Below, in pieces: positions 1-10,607 of a stretch of 64,000 bases of DNA. The position numbers and the translations under genes are program-made. Under the pieces are notes generated by a model, which was not told where the DNA came from, made no database searches, and saw only the letters and a program-made list of their open reading frames with translations. This DNA comes from Welwitschia mirabilis. Lineage: Eukaryota. Every line of letters begins with the position of its first letter. The stretch's first letter is position 1. The stretch covers positions 2,432,622-2,496,621 of the forward strand of contig JBOZIK010000001.1 of the NCBI GenBank assembly GCA_051453625.1, written 5' to 3'.

Positions 1-1727
1 GAGAGGGGCCTTTGGCAGTGTGATATGGTAGCTATGGGAACTCCACTCGGGGGTCAGTTGGCCATGCTATGCGGGTTCTTACTCCTCTGACAGTGGTTCC
101 ACTCCCCTCATCATGGTAAGAATAAAGTTACAATTAGAGGCTACGAAATCAGTGGTGTCCCTGGGGTCATCAGAGGCATTGCTTGTTTTCTAGACTCATG
201 TTTATTTATTTATAATACTTCCACATGATCACTTTACTTTTCTAGATTCTAGTGTTATTTTGAGATGATAGCTTATAAGTTCCTATTTTAACAACTTTTT
301 ATCTTATCATTTATTATTTGATCATATTAGATTTACTTGACATCATCATAATTATTGCCCATTTAAGTGGAGCATTATGAATTTTTACATTATTTTATGC
401 ATTCTTATCAGGTATTTTAGGATTTTTTCTAATGGAATTTGCTAGGGATGAATTTTGGATAGGTAAGCAAATCTTTTTCATGTTCCTAGTTGTTTATTTC
501 CATTATATTTTCTCTTAGTTGTTTGTTTGGGATTTTTCAAAGTCATTACAATATTTTTTTCATATTATAATTAGGACCTAATTATTTAATAGCTCTCTAG
601 TTGTCTTTTTATTTTCTCTCATAGGTTTTCTTTATAAGGGTTGTTTTTCTTTTCTGCACTATCAATTGATGCATTTCTTTCACTTTGAATGATGTGATAT
701 TTTTGTTTTATGATAATGTTTTTTCTATGTGGTTTTGTAATTTTGCATAATCCACTTACAGATTTTGAACACTCATAGATTTTAGGACACATTGGAGGAA
801 TACTTCTATGCATTTTTTTTGTATTTAATGCATGATTATAATCTCATCACTTTATTTCTCCATGATTCTGTTTTTAAAGATAAATTCTTCATATTTTTCT
901 TTCTTCTGTTTCTCTCCCACTTTTTCAATACTTGCTTGTTATTATATTTTTCCAGAATTTTTTCTAACCGATTTAAACAACTTATTTTAAAAACTGTTGT
1001 CTCACATATGTCATCCTCATGATAGAGGGGACGACAATCATCCTTTTTCCTTTGTGCAATTTAGAATGTCTTATTTTTCTTATGGGATAGTGGGGGTGGG
1101 GGGAGCAGCAGGATAGCTCTTCAAGCTTTCTTTTGAGATATCAAGTAAAAATTTATTATTTTTAAATTTTAAAGGATCACTTTCAGCTTTTATGATACAC
1201 ATTTATGATGAGTTATTTGATATGATTTCATGTTATTCAAATACATTTCATGGAATTTATTTAGCAGGGGCAGGTAGCATACTCACTAATTTTCCAGCAA
1301 GCTATGTTTTAGATCATTTAAAGGGGGAAAAAATGCCATGATTACTCCTATACTTTGCCCTTGTGAAAAACATTAATGATTTTTTCATACATTATTCTTT
1401 GAGATTATTACTACTTAAGTTTACACATTAGTTTTAGCATTATCTTCTTAATTTATGCATACACATTATCATTTTTCTGAAATATAACTGTTACATTCAT
1501 TGATTTGTTTATGTGTATGACATTTATTTGGACTATTGTGATGAATTTAAGTAGGAGGCTTATAACTATAGTAGGAATTGTATTAATGAAATACTGTCAT
1601 TTATTCCTGCATGATAAATAGAACTCAAATTCCATTTCTTTAGTTGATAATTATCTTAGTCAAATTGGCTCGCAAACTAGTTGATCACCTACTTTGTCAG
1701 GGACTATCAAGGCTAAGTAGAAGGCTA

Positions 1728-2488
1728 TGTTACGATGCTAATTTTTAGGAATTTGATGGTGTATTTAGATTACTTTTATAGGACATTTATACAAGTTTAA
1801 ATGTAATTCTGCTGATTATGAAGAGATGATAAGATAATCATGGAAATGACAAGTCTTGGCATAATTGAAGGCATTTTGATTATGTTCTGATACTTAGCAT
1901 ATTAAAGGAGGACTAAGAATGAAGAAAGCCAATTTACTCCACTTGAGGAGTAAAGGAGAGGTATCATCTCCGCTATCATCCCTACGATAGAGGGAATGAC
2001 AAAATTGCTATCCAACATGGGTAACAAATGGTTAATACATGAACAACACATGTACATGAAGTGTCGGTGGTATCATCCCCACTGTCATCCTCACGACATG
2101 CAGGATTACAACCTTANNNNNNNNNNNNNNNNNNNNNNNNNNNNNNNNNNNNNNNNNNNNNNNNNNNNNNNNNNNNNNNNNNNNNNNNNNNNNNNNNNNN
2201 NNNNNNNNNNNNNNNNATCATCCCCACTGTCATCCTCACGACATGCAGGATTACAACCTTAATCACATGGACAAAGGCTGCAAGATTGGTAGTAGCACAT
2301 GGAGCAGATGGTGGCAAGCGTCATCTCCTTAGTCATCTAGATGATAGTTAGGATGACGGCGCATGCGTGCACAACTCATAATGCTAACAACATCACATGG
2401 ACATACAACGGCATCACATAGGCATACAACTCAAGGTAAAAGATGGCATCGTCCCCTTTGTCATCCCCATAATAGTTGGGATGACAAC
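1728..2488 (+). repeat. Internal LTR copy (U3 part), running into an N gap
   Basis: Starts TGTTACGATGCTAATTT right after the PPT, aligns with 3731 onward, and is most similar to 53842-54452 (-). Confidence 0.8.
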
Positions 2489-3730
2489 NNNNNNNNNNNN
2501 NNNNNNNNNNNNNNNNNNNNNNNNNNNNNNNNNNNNNNNNNNNNNNNNNNNNNNNNNNNNNNNNNNNNNNNNNNNNNNNNNNNNNNNNTTGGTTAGATAA
2601 GCACTTCTTATTCATGTTCCTAGTTGTCCATTTTCATTATGTTTTTCCTTAGTTGTTGTATTTGGGATTTTTTAAGTCATTACAGTATCTTTTTCCATAT
2701 TATAATTACGACCTAACCATTTGGTAATTCTCTAGTTGTCCTTTCATTTTCACTCATAGGTTTCTTTATAAGGGTTATTTTTCTTTTCAGCACTTTCAAT
2801 TGATACATTTCTTTCACTTTGATTGATGTGATCTTTCTATTTTATGCTAATGTTTTTCTATATGGTTTTTTTTGTTTTACATAAATCCACTTACAGATTT
2901 TGAACACTCATGGATTCTAGGACACATTGGAGGAATACTTCAGAAGCATTTCTTTCTTCTACTTCATACATTCTTATGTCTCACAAGTTTCTTTCACCAT
3001 GGTCATGCTTTTCTTGACATTCCTTCACTTTTTTCCATCTTTCTATTTTTCTGTTGTTTTTCCACTACTTGCTTACTATTAGATCTTTTTGGAATTTTTC
3101 TAATTTGTCCAAACAACTTATTTTGAGCATTGTCGTCCCACGACTGTCGTCCCCACAGAGGGGACGACAGTCATCCTTTTCCCCTTTGTGCAATCCGGGA
3201 CGTCTTGCTTTTCCTATGGGGAGGGCAGGACAGTTCTCCGGGATTTCTCTTAAGATATTAAGCAAAAATTCATCATTTTTAAATTTTAAAGGATCACTTT
3301 GAGCTTTCATGATACATATTTATGATGAGTTGTTTCATATGATTTCATGTTGCTTGAATACATTTCATCGAATTTATTTAGCAGGAGCATAGTAGCACTC
3401 ATTGATTTTCCAGCAGCTATGTTTCAGATCATTTAAGGGAAAAAGAATGCCATGATTACTCCTGTACTTTGCCCTTGTAGAAAACATTAATGAACTTTTC
3501 ATGCATTATGTGTATGTGTATGGCATTTATTTGGTCTATTGTGATGTGTTTAAGTAGGGGGCTTATAACTACAGCAGTAATTGTATCAATGAATTTTTGT
3601 CATTTATTCCTACATGATAAATAGAACTCAAATTCCATTTCTGTAGTTGATGATTATCTTAGTCAAATTGGCTCGCAATGTAGTTGATCGCCTACTTTGT
3701 CAGGGACTGACAAGGCTAAGTAGGGGGTTG

Positions 3731-5103
3731 TGTTACGATGCCAATTTGTAAGAATCTAATGGTGTATTTGAAGTACTTTTGCAGGACAATTATACAGGTT
3801 TAGATGCAATTCTACTGATTATAGAGAGATGATAGGATGATCATGGAAACACGTAATTTTTGGCATAATTGAAGGCATTTTGGGCATGTTTTGATACTTA
3901 GCATATTAAAGGAAGATTAATGATGAAGAAGGCTGATTTACTCTACTTATAGAGCTTGGGAGAGGTGTCGTCCCCACTGTCGTCCACACGACAGTCAAGA
4001 CGGCAGCACTTCTACTTATCAAGATAGCAGCACATGCAACATAGCACATGATGGACCGGAATGGCACATGTGTCGTCCCCTATGTCATCCCCACGACATG
4101 CAGGACGATGACCCTCACATGGGCAGAAAAAGTTGCGGGGCTGACAGCGGGCCAGGGAGACATGTTGTTGACATCCCTATGTCATCCCAATGACAGGTGG
4201 GACGATAGCTATTTTTGCATGTTCTGAAATAAATATCTTGTAAATGGGGTCAAGCGACCCATGTGGGCTGCTAGGGTTTTCTTCACCAACGTCTAGAGTT
4301 ACGGTTTTAGAACCTTCAATGTAAAACTATAAATACCCTTCCCTCCCTCACTTCGAAACCATTTTTTTGTACTTGATATGCTTGTGATGGAAGCTTGAAG
4401 GACAAAAGGTCCATCCAGTGGCTGCAGAAAAGGGTTTCCTTGGTGTTAGGCTGAGTCTCTTCCATTGAGGTGTTGTTATGCTATTGGAAGTGGATGTAAA
4501 GTTCTTTGAATCACTACAAATACTCTTTTCATTCCAATTCTATGAATGTCCCTTATGGTTTAAGTTGGTCATAGTTAAGTGACAGTTCTATGATTTATTT
4601 AGATCATGAGGGAAACCTTTGTTGAGATTGACCTTGGTTAGTAGTAGATTTGCATTGTATTTCCATTTCATTCCATATTCCATATTACATATTCTACTTA
4701 CTAGATCTCATAGTTTATGTTGATTAAGAATTAGTAGATACTCTTTTTAATTGATATGAATTATAGGAAGGATAGTCTTTGTGATAGAAAGGCTAGAAGC
4801 TAGTCTTATGAGAAAAGGATTAGGAACCAAGTGAGTCCATTTCATTTCCACTTCCATTCACTTAAATTTTATATTCATTCATCTTTCATTACATTTACTT
4901 TATTATTTACTTTCAGTTAGTAAAAAATAAAAGACTGAAAATTACCTTTGAAAATCAATTCTCTAACTGTAAGCCTAGTGCCTTTGTTGGGATTACGATA
5001 TTTGGGTAAACTCCCATCTATAGTAGTGTGTGATTTTCTACAAGTTATTTTATTATAGGTTTACATAAAAATCTTTAAGATTGCATAAATTCATACCACA
5101 ACG
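3731..5103 (+). repeat. Complete LTR (~1.37 kb), least decayed copy in the window
   Basis: TG start after the PPT, TATAAATA box near 4328, homologous over its length to 51165-52552 and 59315-60530 (-). It retains CpG in the GTCGTCCCC motifs. Confidence 0.85.
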
Positions 5104-5109
5104 GATATC

Positions 5110-7950
5110 CTCTATGAATTTCTTCTAGATGTTGCTTATATACATGAAGAATTAATTATGTATAAAAGAATAATAAATTGATGAAATTGAAATTTACGAA
5201 TCTTATGTATGATTCAATGCAAATGTATTAAACAGCACATATCTATGTGCTTGTTTAATTTTTATTTTACTTAATATAATTCTCTTTGCATAACCCAATG
5301 ATCTTTCTTCTAGATACAAAGATGATTTATTGAAGTCATTATCAGAAACCTCATTACATGTTAATCGATTTTTAAAGGTTTTAATATTTACCATGTATTT
5401 TGTACAGAAACTTAACACCTCCTCTATTAGAAATACTTTTGTAATGAATTCCTCGAGTTTGTTCTTATTTATAACATATTCTTTTAAAGAATTTAAGAAC
5501 CTAAATGATAACCATGTAAAAAATTTATAATTATTAAAAATATAAAATTTTCAAAAAAATAATATGCTTATTACCGTTCCTTAGGATACATCCATTGATA
5601 TTGAACAAGCTCAAAAAATCTAAGCTCACTTACTAAATGAATAGGTAAACATATCTGATATTAAAGAAAGCTGAAGGAAATATTATCTTAAGATCATAAA
5701 GTATGATAATAATCCTTGAGTTTAGTTTTTTCCCCTTTTTATATAATAATTTCTTTACATCAAGATCCTTGGAAAATAGACACAACTAAATTATTCGAGG
5801 ATGCATGCATGATAGAGGTAGAATACATAAAGTAGTAGAAAAAATTTATTACAAAAGAACATGGTAGTCATGGCTCTTAAGACTAGACAGTTTATGTTCT
5901 TTTGGTAGGATACACCTACAAATATTTAATGCATAACCATTTAGAAGTTTCAACTTTGATAGCATATTGAAAAAATACTTATTTTTATTTACTGACATTA
6001 CAAAATTGGTAGGTGGAAGGAATGCTTTTTTTACCATCATTTATCATAAGGGATAATATTTCATTTCTAATGCCTAGCTCTTTAAGATCTACTCATGCTT
6101 TTAATTCATTCCTTGATCTTTCTTTGGTATTTATAATAGTACTTAACAAGCTATTATACACATTCTTTTTAATACGCATAACATCCAAATTGTATCACAC
6201 ATCATGATCCTATGTACATTTTAAAAATGAAAAATAAATTAAATGAAAAAAACGAATTCATTACTAAAAATATCTCATAAATGTTTATTACCTTTCAATA
6301 ATGAAGCGTAACTAGTATTAATTTCTTTTTTCATCCACTCCAAAAATATTTTCTTGGAACATTCAAGTTGATTTCCTTGCATTTGTTTTGTGACTTTTTA
6401 AAGATAGATTGAGTGATATTTAAATGGTTTTTTTCATTTACACCTTTTCACATATTTATCTTCTTATTTTAATATTTGGAAATGTATTTTTTCCAACTAA
6501 ACTTAATGTTGTCAAGATATGCAAGAATTTGATTAATGCTTAATGGCTTGGGATACTTTCCTTATTCTTTTCTTCTATGGAATGGTCTCTTTACTTGCCT
6601 ATACCTATAATTCTTATTAAGAAATATTCTATTTCATTGGTATTAATGTTTTATAATATGAGGCAAACATAGTGAATTAGTTTTATGAGTACATATGAGC
6701 CACACTATTCTTTGCTTTGTACCCTGTTCTAAAATTTTTACATAGGATAAAAAATCATTTATTATTTAAAGTAAAATTACTTTAATGATATATATCTTCT
6801 TCTTAAATCTATCAAAAGTTTTTACTCCTTCATGTCATAGTAACTCTAATTCATTAACAAGAGGTTATAGGCATATTTCAATATCTTTTCCTAGTTTCTT
6901 AGTCTACGTATTAATAAATAAAGCATCAAATTAGATATTTTCATGCATAGAGAAGGTGGCGAATTGAAGACAATCATCACAACTAGCCAATAACTACAAG
7001 AAGTGGTAAGCATTCCAAAAGGTTTAGATCCATCTATTGTAATACCGAGTCTTATGTATCTAGGATGAAAATTAAATTCATCATATGATTCATAAATATT
7101 CTTCCATGTGATAGATTCTATTGGATGCCACATTATGTCATAATCTCTCTGCCTTTTAAAATGTCATATCATATGTTCTACTATTGTGGATGATGCATAA
7201 AGCCTTTTTAGCCTTGGAATTAATGGAAAAAATCATAATACTTTAGCATGTAACTTTTTATCTGGCTTACTCCCTTAGATGTATCACACTAAGAACATTT
7301 ATTTTTGTTCTTATACTCCTNNNNNNNNNNTATCATAGTTCTTATATAAATAATGAAGTCTTATTTTTAATTGATCATAAGAACTTGGAATTTTATTACC
7401 TTTTAGAAAAGAGTCATAAAAGAGATTAAGCAACATTAAAAATGTTGTATTTGGTCATTTACCCATTGCTTTAATGGTAAGCATATTTACAATCATAGAA
7501 ATCTTCTAACATTTGATGCAATCAGGGTACAATGACTTTATAGCATCTCTTGTTAACCTATCATATTTTGTATTTCTTGCATCACCATTTGAATTATCAA
7601 AGATTGAAAAATTCATGGTGTTTATCTCTTCATGTGATTTCTCACCTTCATCATAAAAATTGTATTATCTTATAAGATATTATTTGCACTAGATTAATTG
7701 TAGTGCTCTTATAAAGTTTTCTAATGCATAATCCACTTCACATAGGTAAGATCCATGCCTTTACATAAAAGATGCTTAAAACTTGTATTTGGTCGTTAAT
7801 AACAAGTGTTATAGCATTTCACACATGGACAGGGTATGCCTTGAAAATTCCCTATATTATTACTTGCAAATCCTATAAAGTTCTTGAAATCATCCTTGTG
7901 CTTCTTATATGACCAACACATATGAATAGTAGGAAAATAAGGTAATCATG
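5110..7950 (-). pseudogene. CACTA/En-Spm tnp2 (TnpD-like) transposase pseudogene with stops and frameshifts
   Basis: Minus-strand motifs occur in canonical order: IPCPCVKCYN (~7810-7840, transposase-associated domain); WHPIESITWK...PRYIRLGITIDGSKPFG...FNSPPSLCMK (6891-7133, Transposase_21-like); LDVMRIKKNV (~6160-6190); LKLLNGYALNICRC...LKSHDYHVLL (5849-5960); WMYPKER, then a GT-AG intron at 5574-5501, then FLNSLKEYV...EEVLSFC...AHRYVLFN. Confidence 0.9.
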
Positions 7951-9980
7951 TTATCTGAATTTAAAGAAAATCATTAAAATATGAATGGTTATATTAGTAC
8001 CTTTTTATCAACATCAGTGGATCCATGAAATAATGATAATGGATGTAATGATGCTATCACATTTATTCCTATAGTATTTTGTAATACTAAGTAATTATCA
8101 TAAAGAAACATTAACCTTTATAGAAAAACAAAATAAATATTAAGTAGTAAAATCTTAATATTGTATAAAATACATAAGTACATTTAAGATGATAAATAAA
8201 TATTTTTCAAAAGAGTATTTTCTAAACTAAATAGTAACTTCTACTCATTTGAATGCTTTGCAAACAATAAAGTTCATCATGATCTATAAATTGATTTTAC
8301 AAGTGCTAAAAGAAAGGGAGTTACTCATGATTAAACTACTAGAATAAAGCACATGAACTTTAATGAGATTAACACATGTAATAAAATGATGACCAAACTA
8401 TAGGATACAAACTACTGTGCATTAAGTGGCATGAATGCTCTACCCCCAATAAGACTTAGAAAAAGTAATGTAAATTCCTTAATAATTATAAAATCATTGT
8501 TAATCATTAAGATAATTATCTATATGAAATTCTAAATAAATTCATATCATCAAAGAAAGTGTTGTCTATATGGATATATAAATGTTTTGATATTATTATT
8601 AGATTTTTAGAAAATAGTTTCTCTAGAAGGATAACTTGAAGATGCATGACACTTTCATCATGGAATTCACAACATAAAATAGCATTTTAATAGGCTTAGA
8701 GATGCTAATAATTTTTCAAAGAATAGTTTTCATATCTTAAAAACTAAATTCATATGTAAGTATTGATAAAAATGATTGAATGATTTTTTTTAACTATTTT
8801 TTATGGAACTGATTGTGGAACTATTATAATGTTGTTGTGTCTAAATTCTCCTCATTCATAACACTATTAATACAAGCCTATAGTATCTTATGTATAAGGC
8901 TAATACAGTGTGCCTTAATTCCTTTCATATGAATTTAGAAAAATTAGGAAGTGGATCAATGAATGCTTTCATTCATAAGTGCCTTCACTCTCTCTTGTAA
9001 TGCACTTGATTTCCTTTATCATCTTTAGATGAATTGAATAAATCCTATTGCCATCTTGTCTTGTTATCTTAAGAATTTCTAGATTAAATTTGTCTTTTAT
9101 CTCCTATTAGTGTCTTAAGTTTATCTTAATGTTATTATGAAATAACTATTACCATTCTGTTCCCTTTAGTATCTTCATTCTTTCTAACAATACACTCTAA
9201 TCCCTTTAGCATCTTTAGATTGACTAAATAAATCCTCTTTTCATATTACCTTATTTAAAAGTAATAATTTAATAGTTGATAGCTTGTTTATAATTTGTTA
9301 TTTCTCATTCTAGACTTCTATAAATAAATACTTTCATATCTTTTTGTATCTACCTATTTTTTTTATAACAAATTTCTAACTAGATGATGAGAAGAGTGTG
9401 GTAATAACACACCTAATCAATAGTCTACTACATACATATTTGATTTAATTCATGTTTATAAGTGATGGACTTATCTTGGGTTTAAATATTATAGAGTGTG
9501 GATTGTCTTATTATTCATATTCATGTAGTTAGTGCACATCAAGACAAGGGATTTTGTATCCTAGGCATGAATCATAGGTGATATCTAGATACTTAATTGC
9601 TAGCCCCAAAGGCCATAGAAGCCATCCATGGGATTTCATCTAATTAAGAAAATCAAAGACATTAATAAGTAAGGTATAGTTTCCCATGTGTTAACTTCAT
9701 CAAGGAAAGAAATGGAATAAAAACACCTAGGCTTTAACATTAGCATTGCTATAATGTTCTTGTTAGAACTGCAATGAATCTAGTTATAAATGGAATTATA
9801 ATGCATTTAAGCATATTTTCAATTAAGAAAAGAATAAAGTTACCAATGGAAAGATTAGAATAAATTATCTATGTGTATCATAAGATAATATCAAATTTAG
9901 AATAGGCATAATAAATTGGATTATTAATAAACATACAGAATCTACAAGTGCTAATAATAGTTGTCTTGCGCATCCTACTC

Positions 9981-10086
9981 GAACCCTTTACCTTAAGGGT
10001 ATGAGTATTGCAAGTTATCATAAATGTGAAGACAGAATTTGAACCCTTTACCTTAAGGGTATGAGTATTGCAAGTTACCATAAATG
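9981..10086. repeat. Tandem duplication, 60-bp period
   Basis: GAACCCTTTACCTTAAGGGTATGAGTATTGCAAGTTA(T/C)CATAAATG occurs at 9981 and 10041. Confidence 0.95.
10024..10080 (-). pseudogene. trnfM: Degenerate fragment resembling plastid initiator tRNA-fMet(CAU), lacking its 5' part; a second partial copy lies at 9979-10020
   Basis: The minus strand reads TGGTAACTTGCAATACTCATACCCTTAAGGTAAAGGGTTCAAATTCTGTCTTCACAT. This matches 45/57 positions of angiosperm plastid trnfM as I recall it (TGGTAGCTCGCAAGGCTCATAACCTTGAGGTCACGGGTTCAAATCCTGTCTCCGCAA), with the CAT anticodon and GGTTCAAAT T-loop intact. Confidence 0.7.
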
Positions 10087-10607
10087 AAAAAAAATCCCCT
10101 GAAAATAAAAAACCCACAATGAGTAACAAAGTGAATAGAGTAAAGCCAAATATGGATCCTTTAAGAGTTATAGATAAGGACCATTGTAGAAGAAGAAATC
10201 ATAATATAAGAAAAATCTAGGAAAATTAAAAAGTAGGATATTGGATTTCACATGTCATGTAATTTAAGAAAATCCACTTATTAAATTGCAAAAAGGAAGG
10301 GGATTTCCTAATGAAGCAATAGTAATGTACACATAAAACTCTTATACAATGGCTTTAAAAATAACAAATGTAAAAGATATTGTGATATTACCTTATTTAT
10401 TACCTTGAACATGATCTTACAAGCTTGATTACCTAAAGTCATCTCCTATAATCAAAAAGTTACATCTAAACATAATCAAATTTGAAACATTCATAGAATT
10501 AATCATTATATTATATACTTTCATCCAATGCAATGGAAATACGAGGATAAATATTATACTAATTTTATGCAAAAAATTTAGGAGAACTTAAATTTCAAAA
10601 AAGTAGA

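Larger units (their letters stand above)
1..5103 (+). mobile_element. 3' part of an Athila-like non-autonomous composite LTR element: 3'UTR(type1)-PPT-LTR(partial)-gap-3'UTR(type2)-PPT-LTR
   Basis: About 460-2000 is homologous to about 2590-4000. A PPT-like AAGGCTAAGTAG(A/G)(A/G)GG precedes TGTTACGATGC at both 1728 and 3731. The terminal LTR ends ...ATAAATTCATACCACAAC(G) near 5103, matching the other family LTR ends (e.g. 59315 on -). Confidence 0.8.

Noticed and set aside
12-21. Minus-strand ACACTGCCAA, recalling the rice twister ribozyme
   Set aside because: The UAA cleavage-site loop and the CCCAAGC-type loop with its P4 stem are absent. A 10-nt match alone is not evidence.
2072-2261. Exact 45-bp direct repeat on both sides of the 100-N gap
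   Set aside because: Identical sequence abutting a placeholder gap indicates overlapping contig ends, i.e. an assembly artefact.
619-3310. Short hydrophobic or Lys-rich ORFs in UTR/LTR sequence (also 17059-18058, 61232-61435 and similar)
   Set aside because: They are chance ORFs in AT-rich repeats, and the frames are not preserved between homologous copies. I found no support for an env-like gene here.
3965-4210. Spaced palindromic repeats superficially like a CRISPR array
   Set aside because: The repeats are degenerate, irregularly spaced and inside plant LTRs, and there are no cas genes.
10239-10257. 19-bp exact match TATTGGATTTCACATGTCA, also at 48686-48704
   Set aside because: No extension into the flanks; an isolated match of this length is plausible by chance in 64 kb of AT-rich DNA.
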